From Schizosaccharomyces osmophilus (taxonomy: Eukaryota): DNA of 64,000 bases. Positions 11,216 to 21,805 of the stretch are shown here, piece after piece. The position numbers and the translations under genes were made by a program. Under the pieces are notes generated by a model. That model had not been told where the DNA came from and ran no database searches. It saw nothing but the letters and a program-made list of their open reading frames with translations. Position 1 is the stretch's first letter; every line of letters starts with the position of its first letter. The DNA is taken from assembly GCF_027921745.1 (NCBI RefSeq), contig NC_079238.1:1674001-1738000 (forward strand), read 5' to 3'.

Positions 11216-14200
11216 TTAGATGGCTATGTTACGCTTAACAACACCACCGTCAGCAGGCAGGTAGGATTTACTAGACAATTGCAGATCAATTTCTCTGGCA
11301 CACTGGCGGCCTTCTTGGATACCCCAAACAACCAAACTCTGGCCACGACGACAGTCACCGCAGGCGTAAACATTAGGAACACTGGTTTGGTAAGACTTAT
11401 GGGGGGTACTGATATTAGAACGAGCATCTCGGCGAATGTTCATACTTGCTGTAGCCTGTTCTTCAGGACCTAAGAAACCCAAGGCAAGAATAACCAAGTC
11501 AGCTGGGAAAAACTCTTCAGAGTTCCTGACTTCCTTCATAATCCAGCGACCCTTGCTATTTTTTGTCCACTCAATGCGAACAGTATGGATACCCTTAACA
11601 TTTCCATCTTCATCCTTTTCAAAATTCTTAGTCAAAATTGAATATTCACGGAAGTCTTGGCCATAATGAGCTTGAACTTCAGCGTGTCCATAATCAACAC
11701 GGAAAACACGAGGATATTGAGGCCATGGATTATCAAATGCGCGTTCACGAGGAGGAATAGGAAGCAATTCCAAGTTGTGGATGCTTTTAGCGACATGGCG
11801 AACACTCGTACCTAAGCAATCATTACCAGTATCACCGCCGCCAATAACGATAACGTCCTTGCCCTTGGCGCTAATGTATCCTCCATCTTCGAGTTTGCTG
11901 TCTAGTAAACTCTTGGTGTTCTTATGAAGGAATTCCATCGCAAAATGAATACCCTTGGCGTCACGGTTGGGAATAGCAAGGTCACGAGGAATGGTGGATC
12001 CCGTAGCTAGTACTACAGCGTCATAGGTACTTTGTAATTCATCCAAAGATACTGCATCTTCACTACCAATCTCCACGTTTGTTATTATCTCGACACCTTC
12101 ATCAACCATTAATTGAATACGACGGTCCACCACAAACTTGTCCAGTTTCATATTGGGAATACCGTATTGTAATAAGCCACCAGGACGATCAGCACGTTCA
12201 TATATAACGACGTTATGACCGGCATGATTCAACTGATCAGCGGCTGCAAGACCGGCAGGGCCTGAGCCGATTACCGCGACACGCTTATTTGAACGATTTA
12301 CAGGAGGCTGAGGCTTAATCCAGCCTTCTTCCCAAGCTTTATCAATAATGGCACGCTCGACACTCTTAATACCTACAGGAGATTCGATGATACCCAAAAC
12401 ACAAGAACCCTCACATGGAGCAGGGCAAACTCGGCCAGTAAACTCGGGGAAGTTATTGGTCATAAGTAATTGTACCAAAGCTTCTTTCCATTGCTTTTTG
12501 AAAACCAAATCATTCCATGTAAAAATCTTGTTGGAAACCGGACAACCGTAATCAGATTGACAGAATGGGGTACCACAATCCATGCATCTAGCGGTTTGAA
12601 GACGAAGCTCGTCTTCCTTGAGACGGACAGAAAGCTCCTTCCAATCATTGGTACGTTTGTGTGGATTACGGTAATGCTCGCTCCGGCGTTGATACTTCAT
12701 GAATCCACGTAACTTGTCAAGAGGAGGACTCTTTTTCACAGGAGCACCCAAAGTATCCTCAACGTCTGTGATTGCGGCATCACGATTTGATTCCTCTAAT
12801 TGTTGGCGGATACGGTTACCGGGCATAAAAGCCTTGGGGTATTGACGACGCTTAGCTTCCTCTTTCTTAGCAGCCTCACGTTCAAGAACAGCTTTATACT
12901 CTCTGGGTAGAACCTTAACAAACCTATTCAAGTTGCGAGGGAAGTCACTCAAGATGCGATCAGCCACCTGGGAACCAGTTAAATGACGATGATCTTGAAT
13001 GAGGCCCCTCAAATAGGCAATTTCAGTAGCATCAGATACGGTAGTAAGTTCTACCATTTCCATGTTTACCTTTTTAGAAAAGTCCGTATGGTTGTCATAG
13101 ACGTAAGCGATACCACCAGACATACCAGCAGCAAAGTTACGGCCAGTATTACCAAGGATGACAACACGACCACCGGTCATATATTCACAACCATGATCAC
13201 CAACACCTTCAACGACAGTAACAACACCAGAATTACGAACGGCAAATCTTTCAGCAGCGACACCCGAAATAAAAACCTGACCGGAAGTGGCACCGTACAA
13301 ACAAACGTTTCCAACAATAACGTTTTCCTCTGGTTTAAATGGGGATGCTTTTGGTGGAAAAATAATTAGATGACCACCAGACAACCCTTTACCAACGTAA
13401 TCGTTACAATCACCTTCTAATTGTAAGGTAACACCCGGAGCCAAGAAAGCACCAAAAGACTGACCAGCAGAGCCAAAGACTTTCACACATATAGAATCCG
13501 CTGGTAAACCTTCTTCGCCATAACGCTTGCTAATTCTGTTAGAAAGAGTTGCACCCAAAGTACGATCTGTGTTAATTATTTCGCATTCCACGACAGAGGG
13601 TATACCATCTTCCAAGCTAGGTTCAGCTTCATCAATCAACTTATTATCTAACCTCGTATAAAGTCTATGATCTTGCTTGCGAATATTGCACGTGGCAGCA
13701 CCAGGTCGGAGAGTGAACGCAGGCGTCAACAAAGGAGACAAGTCTAGCAATTTGGATTTGGCATTAATGGGCTCAGCAACCTTAAGCTTATCAGAGCGGC
13801 CTACCATTTCATTAATGGTGCGGAAGCCGAGTTTGGCCATGATTCCACGAAGCTCTTCTGCAACATAGTAAAAGAAGTTGACGACGTGTTCGGGTTGTCC
13901 TTCAAACTTTTTACGTAATTCAGGATCTTGAGTAGCAATACCAACGGGACAAGTATTGAGATGGCATTTACGCATCATGATGCAACCTAAAGCAATGAGA
14001 GGAGTGGTTGCGAAGCCCCACTCTTCAGCGCCGAGCAAGCAAGCAATAGCAACATCGCGGCCAGTCTTAATCTGACCATCAGTTTGGATAACGATTCGGC
14101 CACGAAGATCATTTAGTACTAAAGTTTGATGTGTTTCGGCAACACCAAGTTCCCAAGGCAAACCAGCGTACTTAATACCAGTCCAGCGAGAAGCACCTGT

Positions 14201-17200
14201 GCCACCATCATGGCCCGATATAACAATATGATCGGCCTTAGCCTTGGCTACGCCGGAAGCGACGATACCAACACCAACCTCAGAAACCAATTTGACAGAA
14301 ACACGAGCACGTGGGTTAGCACATTTCAAATCGTAAACAAGTTGTTTTAAATCTTCAATAGAGTAAATATCGTGGTGAGGGGGAGGAGAGATTAAGCCAA
14401 CGCCAGCGGTAGAGTGACGAGTTTTAGCAATAGACTCGCTGACTTTGTTACCAGGAAGCTCACCACCTTCTCCAGGTTTAGCACCTTGAGCCATCTTAAT
14501 TTGAAGCTCATCAGAGTCACTCAAGTAGTACGAAGTAACGCCGAAACGGCCAGATGCAACTTGTTTGATAGCAGAACGCATAGTATCACCGTTAGTCAAG
14601 CGCTGGCTTCGAGCAGGATCTTCTCCGCCTTCACCAGTATTAGATTTACCACCGATACGGTTCATGGCAATAGCTAAAGTGGAATGGGACTCCATACTAA
14701 TTGAGCCATAAGACATAGCACCAGTGCAGAAACGACGAACAATTTCTGTCCATGGTTCAACTTGCTCAATGGGAATTGATTGGGATGGGTCGACATCAAA
14801 GTCAAGCATACCTCGGAGAGTACATTTTCTAGTTTGTTCGTAGTGAGTCTTGGCAAATTCAGCATATGCTGATTCATTTTGGTTGCGAACGGCCTCTTGG
14901 AGGGAAGCGACTGCTTTGGGATGGTTAACATGCTCTTCACCGCCGTCTCGGTAGTTGTAATCACCCATGTCAGGGATATCTAAACCGACGATGGAATCAC
15001 TCCTAGGATAGCCACGTTCATGAAAAGCCAAAGCGTCCAAAGCAATATGCTCAAAAGTGACACCACGGATACGAGATGCAGTACCCATGAAACATCTTTC
15101 AATAACTTCAGTATCAATACCGAGAGCTTCAAAAATTTGAGCACCCTTGTATGATTGAAGCGTGGAGATACCCATCTTAGACATAACCTTCAAGATTCCA
15201 CCATTCATGGCGTGTTTGTAATTTTCGACAGCTTTTGCTTCAGTAACACCAGGCTTCAATGCATTCTGTCTTTGAAGCTTAACAATAGCCTCCATTGCCA
15301 AATAAGGACAAACAGCATCGGCACCATAACCCAGAAGAATACAAGCATGGTGAACCTCACGAGCATCACCAGACTCACAGATAAGAGCAATGCGTGAACG
15401 TAACTTTCGTTGAACTAAAAAGTGATGAACAGCACCGCAAGCGGCAACAGATGATAACGGGACACGTTCAGAGTTTGCATCTCTATCAGAAAGCACTACA
15501 ATTTTGTAATCATTTTCTATAGCGTCGACAACCCCGGAGCAAATGCGATCAAGAGCAGCACCATAGCCCCTTGGACCTTCACTTTTACCAAAGGTAATAT
15601 CAATGGCTGCAACCTTCCAATCAGGATGTAGGAGGGTGACATTCTTCAAAGCATTCAGCTCTTCCAAAGTAAGGATGGGAGTAGGAAGACGTAAGCGACG
15701 GCATTGAGAAGGATCAATTTCAAGGAGATTACCGCTTGGGCCAATATAACATTGCAAGCTCATAACAATTGCTTCACGGATAGGGTCAATCGGAGGATTG
15801 GTAACCTGAGCAAACAACTCACGGAAGTATTCATAAAGGAGACGAGGTTCACTAGAAAGGCATGCAATGGCTGCATCGTTACCCATACTGCCAAGAGTTT
15901 CTTTACCATCATTGGCCATAGGTGCAATGACCATATTAATTTGCTCTAAATTATAGCCAAAAGCTAAGAGCTGCTTGTCATCACCAAGAGCTTCGCTATT
16001 AATGTTGGGAGTAAGATCAATGTTGCTATCTCCAACCAAAGTATCTACTATGTTATTCATATCCAAAAGTTCTTGATCGATCCAACTACGGAAATCATAC
16101 CGATTTGCAATATTGTGCTTGAGCTCTTTGTCGTCTACAATACGGCCTTCTTTGGTATCGACTAAAAGCATGCGGCCCGGACAAAGGCGTCCTTTTTGAA
16201 CTACCCTTTCCGGCTCAATGCCAACAGTTCCTACTTCAGAGGCACAAATCATCATATCGTCAGAAGTCAAATAATAACGGCAAGGGCGTAAACCGTTGCG
16301 ATCAAGATTGGCACCGCAATAACGACCATCGGCAAAAATGAACAAAGCAGGGCCATCCCAGGGCTCCATTTGGCAAGCCACCCATTCATAAAAAGCAGCT
16401 TTTTCGTCGGTGAGACTATTGTCATTTTGCCAAGCTTCTGGAATCAACATCATGACAGCCTCAGGCAAAGAAACCGTACCATTAACGCAAAGTAACTCTA
16501 ACACATTGTCAAAGGCAGCAGAATCGGAGCCACCACGTTCTATAACAGGCAACAATGAGGACAACTGATCCCCGAATTTAGATGATTTCAATAAGCCTTC
16601 ACGAGCTCGCATCCAGTTTTTATTACCTCGTAATGTGTTGATTTCACCGTTGTGAGCGGCTAAACGCATGGGCTGAGCACGGTCCCAAGAGGGAAAAGTG
16701 TTTGTGGAGAAGCGGGAGTGCACGAGAGCAAAATGAGCAACATATTCGGCATTATTTAAGTCCAAGAAGTAGTTATACACTTGAACAGGAGCCAATTGGC
16801 CTTTATAAACGATAGTATCACGACTAAGAGAGCAAATGTAAAACCATTTTTCTTTTCCAATTTGATTTGCGCTTTGTTTGCGAAGGAGATAGAGTTGTTT
16901 TTCAAAGAGGTTTTCGTCGAACTCCACATGGCCGTGGTACACAGGCTTGTAAACGATTAAGGGCTGCAAGATGGTAGGTTCACGAGAAAGAGCAGCAGGG
17001 CCAAGGATACTATTATCGCACGGTACGGAACGCCAGCCGAGAATTTCGAGTTCAAGAGCATTGGCAACCTTGGTAAACGACTCAACACCCTCCTGACATA
17101 CCTCGAGCTCAGGAGAAAAGAACACGTTACCGGTAGCGTATTGACCGGGCTGGGGAAGGTCGTAGCCAAGGATCTGTTTGAATTCTTTTTGCATGAAGGT

Positions 17201-17575
17201 ATAAGGCATAGAAGTCATGACACCAGCACCGTCACCATCACGGGTATCAGCACCGGTTGCACCACGGTGGGTCATGTTGCATAACAATAAACGAGCATCG
17301 GTGACGATTTTATGATTGCCTTGGCCCTTGACGTGGCACACGAAACCTACACCACATGAGTCTTTCTCATAAGCAGGGTCATAAAGGGCCTGCGCTTTAG
17401 GAAGAGAGCCAGCCCAAGCTTCATTTCCTTCTACATCGTAAGGATAGATGGGGGCATGAGGGTAGTCATCAGAGAGAGATGGCACGGTGTTTGCATTTTG
17501 TGTTAGGTTATCTACCGATGTAGCATTTTGATTGACGGATTCAACAGGCTTGTTCGTGGAAGACAAGACAGCCAT
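11216..17575 (-). CDS. glt1: NADH-dependent glutamate synthase (GOGAT), fused alpha+beta
   Basis: EKDSCGVGF Ntn cysteine, HNGEINT, FMN barrel (QGAKPGEGG), CIMMRKCHLNTC and CMDCGTPFC Fe-S motifs, GSGPAG FAD site; 2119 aa. Confidence 0.98.
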   Translation of the reverse strand: MAVLSSTNKPVESVNQNATSVDNLTQNANTVPSLSDDYPHAPIYPYDVEGNEAWAGSLPKAQALYDPAYEKDSCGVGFVCHVKGQGNHKIVTDARLLLCNMTHRGATGADTRDGDGAGVMTSMPYTFMQKEFKQILGYDLPQPGQYATGNVFFSPELEVCQEGVESFTKVANALELEILGWRSVPCDNSILGPAALSREPTILQPLIVYKPVYHGHVEFDENLFEKQLYLLRKQSANQIGKEKWFYICSLSRDTIVYKGQLAPVQVYNYFLDLNNAEYVAHFALVHSRFSTNTFPSWDRAQPMRLAAHNGEINTLRGNKNWMRAREGLLKSSKFGDQLSSLLPVIERGGSDSAAFDNVLELLCVNGTVSLPEAVMMLIPEAWQNDNSLTDEKAAFYEWVACQMEPWDGPALFIFADGRYCGANLDRNGLRPCRYYLTSDDMMICASEVGTVGIEPERVVQKGRLCPGRMLLVDTKEGRIVDDKELKHNIANRYDFRSWIDQELLDMNNIVDTLVGDSNIDLTPNINSEALGDDKQLLAFGYNLEQINMVIAPMANDGKETLGSMGNDAAIACLSSEPRLLYEYFRELFAQVTNPPIDPIREAIVMSLQCYIGPSGNLLEIDPSQCRRLRLPTPILTLEELNALKNVTLLHPDWKVAAIDITFGKSEGPRGYGAALDRICSGVVDAIENDYKIVVLSDRDANSERVPLSSVAACGAVHHFLVQRKLRSRIALICESGDAREVHHACILLGYGADAVCPYLAMEAIVKLQRQNALKPGVTEAKAVENYKHAMNGGILKVMSKMGISTLQSYKGAQIFEALGIDTEVIERCFMGTASRIRGVTFEHIALDALAFHERGYPRSDSIVGLDIPDMGDYNYRDGGEEHVNHPKAVASLQEAVRNQNESAYAEFAKTHYEQTRKCTLRGMLDFDVDPSQSIPIEQVEPWTEIVRRFCTGAMSYGSISMESHSTLAIAMNRIGGKSNTGEGGEDPARSQRLTNGDTMRSAIKQVASGRFGVTSYYLSDSDELQIKMAQGAKPGEGGELPGNKVSESIAKTRHSTAGVGLISPPPHHDIYSIEDLKQLVYDLKCANPRARVSVKLVSEVGVGIVASGVAKAKADHIVISGHDGGTGASRWTGIKYAGLPWELGVAETHQTLVLNDLRGRIVIQTDGQIKTGRDVAIACLLGAEEWGFATTPLIALGCIMMRKCHLNTCPVGIATQDPELRKKFEGQPEHVVNFFYYVAEELRGIMAKLGFRTINEMVGRSDKLKVAEPINAKSKLLDLSPLLTPAFTLRPGAATCNIRKQDHRLYTRLDNKLIDEAEPSLEDGIPSVVECEIINTDRTLGATLSNRISKRYGEEGLPADSICVKVFGSAGQSFGAFLAPGVTLQLEGDCNDYVGKGLSGGHLIIFPPKASPFKPEENVIVGNVCLYGATSGQVFISGVAAERFAVRNSGVVTVVEGVGDHGCEYMTGGRVVILGNTGRNFAAGMSGGIAYVYDNHTDFSKKVNMEMVELTTVSDATEIAYLRGLIQDHRHLTGSQVADRILSDFPRNLNRFVKVLPREYKAVLEREAAKKEEAKRRQYPKAFMPGNRIRQQLEESNRDAAITDVEDTLGAPVKKSPPLDKLRGFMKYQRRSEHYRNPHKRTNDWKELSVRLKEDELRLQTARCMDCGTPFCQSDYGCPVSNKIFTWNDLVFKKQWKEALVQLLMTNNFPEFTGRVCPAPCEGSCVLGIIESPVGIKSVERAIIDKAWEEGWIKPQPPVNRSNKRVAVIGSGPAGLAAADQLNHAGHNVVIYERADRPGGLLQYGIPNMKLDKFVVDRRIQLMVDEGVEIITNVEIGSEDAVSLDELQSTYDAVVLATGSTIPRDLAIPNRDAKGIHFAMEFLHKNTKSLLDSKLEDGGYISAKGKDVIVIGGGDTGNDCLGTSVRHVAKSIHNLELLPIPPRERAFDNPWPQYPRVFRVDYGHAEVQAHYGQDFREYSILTKNFEKDEDGNVKGIHTVRIEWTKNSKGRWIMKEVRNSEEFFPADLVILALGFLGPEEQATASMNIRRDARSNISTPHKSYQTSVPNVYACGDCRRGQSLVVWGIQEGRQCAREIDLQLSSKSYLPADGGVVKRNIAI

Positions 17576-17618
17576 AATATATCAATGGGGGAAAACAGCA
17601 CGCAATTAAAGAAGTGAC

Positions 17619-17773
17619 CTGTTGAAAGTTAGTAATGGAAGAGAAACTTATAAGGCTGGAAAAAGATGGTAAACAGCATGTTTCCGCTCGATATCCGAGT
17701 CTCAAAATATTCACATGAAATGAAATGAAAAAGGCAAACAAATCCCGCTGCAACTGCTGTGTAAAATACATAC
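17619..17773 (-). other. 5'-UTR intron of glt1 (155 nt)
   Basis: CAG|GTATGT donor, TACTAAC branch, TTTCAACAG acceptor 43 nt upstream of the ATG; an in-frame TAA between acceptor and ATG shows it is non-coding. Confidence 0.8.
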
Positions 17774-19494
17774 CTGAATTCCTATTTCAGAATTAAATAA
17801 AGGAAAAAGATATAAATAGAGAAACAAGAAATAACAAGAACGAACCGCAATTTCAGGTCTACCAGCAAATACAAAGAAGTACGAAGAAAGGAGAGCAGAG
17901 TAAAACAGACACAAAAACTAATTCTTTTCGAATTGTGTTATGGGTGAAAGAAAACGTGAGCAGGGACGTAGAGTGAAGGTAATTGCAAAGGAAACCCTTC
18001 TATGACCAAATTCGAACGGCTAGTAACTAGTATACAACGAAAAAAAAAAGAAATTTCTTAGTTTCAGACAAGGAAAAGAGTGAATCACAGTCCCAACCTC
18101 GGCCTTTTTCTTTCTAATTTTTGTTCGTGCTGGCTTGCAAAAGAGAGGCTTCAATAGTAGAAATTGGTGGGCTTTTGTATGGGTGAGCCTCTCGAGTCCA
18201 TGACGTCTCAAACCTCCAATGAAAACAGTCCGATTTTGAAGTTCCAATCAAAAAAAAAGAGATTGAAACTGATTGATAAGTGAGTATTTGTCGTGCATTT
18301 GATTGGTCCGCTTATTAAAAATACTCCACTTTTGATAACACTAAACTCAGCTCGCTCTATTCAGTTACGTTATCCTAACATACCGTAGCGAAACGGACGT
18401 TCCGTAAACCCTTCCTCTACCTCTAGGCATGGAGAGAAAAGTCTATGCCGTTTTATTATTTTTAAAGCGCATCGCCTATTTTTTTATAAACATTTTCTTT
18501 GTTTTAGGAGCTTGGAAACCAAACGGAGGGTTCACGAGCAGCCCTTTTTGGTGGACTCGTTTACCGTTAAAGAGTAATTCGGGTTGCAATTGTTACCTAT
18601 ATCGAAAGTCCCACCATTTCCTTTTTTACCGATTCTTCTTAACTGACGAATCTGACGATCTTCCCCTTATTGACGAGAAATCAAGCAGTAGCTAACGAAC
18701 AGTTAAGCGAAAGCTTAACTGTAAGTTGGCTATAAGCGAACCTTGGGAAAAAAGGGTAAACAAAAGGAACCATGCGTAGTAAGGTGAAGTAGAAGTCTGA
18801 TGAAAAGCATTTCTGCAGAGAACTATAGATATACCATGCATTGTTTACTCATAAAATTTTGGAAAGAGATCCCGACAAATACTTGATGAGGAAAAAACGA
18901 TTCAGAAAGAACTGACAAGGACTAAAGAGAAACTACTAGTAAAGCGACAGAACGCAAAGCATAATAAATGGAAAAAGATTTCCATCTCTCGTAAGCTTAA
19001 GAGAGAAGTTCACATCTATACCTGCAAAGATTAAATAAACCGTTTGCCAATTTCAAGTTTTACTATAATCATATGCATTCCATTCCATCTAGAGCTGCTA
19101 CGAGTATATTACTATGTACTTACAGAAAGGATAATAGTAAAGAATATCGTATATTACAGAATGTAAACAAAAGACATAATTCAAGGAAATGGGGAAATTT
19201 CAAGCAGGACTCAATTTGAAGGAATCATTCTTTGGTCCTAATGATTATTGTTTCAAATTCTTGTTTCTGTCATGATCCCAAATCTGTCTTTGTCGGTATT
19301 TTCATAAAGAGGTATCGCATAAGGTCGGACTACGTTCTGTTCTTTCCTTTTCACTGTGTCTTCCTTTCCTTTTTTTTTCAGTTTCTGTTCCGTTCTAAGC
19401 TTTTTTTTTCTTTTAATTTATTTATTTACTATTTATTCTTCATACCCATTGCATTTACCATAATCAACACGGTCGCACTTATTCTATCGATTGA

Positions 19495-21672
19495 ATGTCA
19501 AAACAAAACGATATCATCCTCATTCCTTCCGAAACAGACATTGAGGAGCAAGATACTTCTTCGCAGCATACAAAGGTACTTGTTCGCACATTTGCTGCTT
19601 CTAACTTTTACCGTTTTTTAGAGTCCTCTCGCCGCAAAAACGAATGTGATCCCAGTTTCTGAAACGCCGCAGCAAAATGCACCGCTTGAAACATTCGTTC
19701 ATTCACTTTTGTAAGAGAATTCTCTGCTCTTATCTATTTGTGCTAACACCCTCTATTCTGTAGCCCCTCTGCTTTTTCCGACTCAGACGACTTGCTTCCT
19801 AGCCCCAGAAATGCTCTCGGCATTCCTTGCGAATCAAATTCCAAATCAAATCATCTTCCTACACCAAATTTCCCTTCCAAAACAAAGAAATTACTAGACA
19901 CTCCTTCGCATCCTCGTGATCCTATCGTTCTATCCTCTTCTCCTCCATCCGCCGTGCCTCAGACAAGTCCCTTGTTTGCGCTTACTCCTCCATCTAATCT
20001 ACACGTTATTGAAAATTTTCAAAGAGAAAACGAAACTCTCGATTTTGGTTCTTCCCCTTTGCGTGACAAAGTCGTTGACTCCATAGCTCTTCCCGATCCC
20101 CCATGCAATAAGACGCCCTGTTTTCAAGAAACCATTTTGGACGCTCCTCACAATACGTTTGCTCAGAAAGTTTCTCCGAAAGGTTTGTCTAATTCCCTCG
20201 ACAGTTCTCTTCTTTGTGAACAGAATTTACTTCAATATAGCACCCTTTTAAATCGCTATGCTGACTCGGAATGCCCAACCCACACTCTCGAAAAAGCTCA
20301 AAGTTGTTCTAAAACCTCTCCAGGAAACCAGATGAAACAAATGTGTAAATTGCCGAGTCCGCTGGCGGGCTCTGGTTTTGATGACACCAAATCTTCTTCG
20401 TCTTCTTCTAAACCCAGTTCTCACGAGAATGATCGGGATGCTTCACTGTTTGATTTGCCTACTGTGGATTTAGCCTCCACAACAATTTCTCGAAAACGCA
20501 CTCTTGATGCACTGTCTACGAACAATACTGCAGACTTAACCCAGAGCAACGATCTAAAAAAGCTGAAAAAACTGAAAAATATTTACTCAAAGAGTTTTCA
20601 AGATTCTTCGAATGATTACGATAATCAAGAAGCATTGCACAGTACTTTACGGAAATCAAAAACTATGGGAAAAGTCGGTTTATCCAAAAAGAAAATTGAG
20701 GAAGCCGAAAGAAAGAAGAATAAAGAACTACAAAAGATTAATAAGGTTAAGAGAACTAGAGAAGAATGCTTATCCGAAATGATTTTATCGCTTTCTGATG
20801 CAGATTTATCTACTGTCTGGGGGGCTTCAGTCTCTGAAACCTTAAACCCTTTTTCTTGTGAATTCAGAACTGTGAAACATCAACAAAAAAGCACGGTGTT
20901 TTGGAAAAGAAAGGTCAATACATACTTTGATCATTCTGCCAACCGGTTTGAATTTGTCACCGAACATGTACAAAACGAGCCATTTTCACTTTATCGAACC
21001 CCTTGTTCTGATTTCGTGACAAAAATTGCTGATGGCATACTGGATGATTTTGTTAAATCGTGCAAGCTTCAATCTCCAAACAGCAAACTCATAATCATAT
21101 TAGAAGGAGTTAACAGTCATTTCAAAAATGTCAAGTCTGATATTAATCGTCAGTATGCTAATGCGGTTAATACCGGTACAAGACCCTTGTTATTTGGCTC
21201 GCTTTCTAAATTTCAGACAATCACAAAGGAAGTTCTCGAAAGTGAAGTCTGCAGGATAAACGTTCAGCATAATGTACTACTAAACTATTCTAACGATGAA
21301 AAAGAAACTGCCGATTGGATCATATCCATTACCTCCGACATAGCTCTATCACGATATAAACAATTCTCCCATTTGTCTGCTAGGATTTCATTAGCGGAAA
21401 TAGGGCATGTTAAATCAGCCGATCGAGCTGAGAATACGCTGAATTTTATGTTAAGGCAACTACTAAGAGTTACTCCCAACATTTCAAATGCTATCTGCGA
21501 TTACTTTCCGTCCATTCCCAAGCTGATTCAACATCTGAAAGCAAATGGTGAAGAATCTTTGTCTAATATCATGGTTACTACGGCTATCAGCGAAAGGAAT
21601 CTTGGAATAGCTTTATCCCGCCGGATCTATAACACGTTTTTGGGTAGAAGAAGTGCGGATGATGCCCCGTAG
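19495..21672 (+). CDS. eme1: Crossover junction endonuclease subunit Eme1; introns 19576-19621 and 19711-19763; ~692 aa
   Basis: C-terminal ERCC4-like and HhH region (MLRQLLRVTPNISNAI, RNLGIALSRRIY); two introns with CTAAC branches restore an in-frame ATG at 19495. Confidence 0.9.
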
Positions 21673-21805
21673 ACACCAGCATGTATATTATTTATAATTT
21701 GCCATTCTTTTATTAGTCATCCATATAAATAATAAATAAATTTATTGCTACCTTCTGTTTAGTAGACAAATGTCATCATTAAGCACACAGGCACATAAAT
21801 ATGCA

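Noticed and set aside
18797..18915. TGATGA...CTGA as a box C/D snoRNA
   Set aside because: No terminal stem and no rRNA antisense element that I could identify
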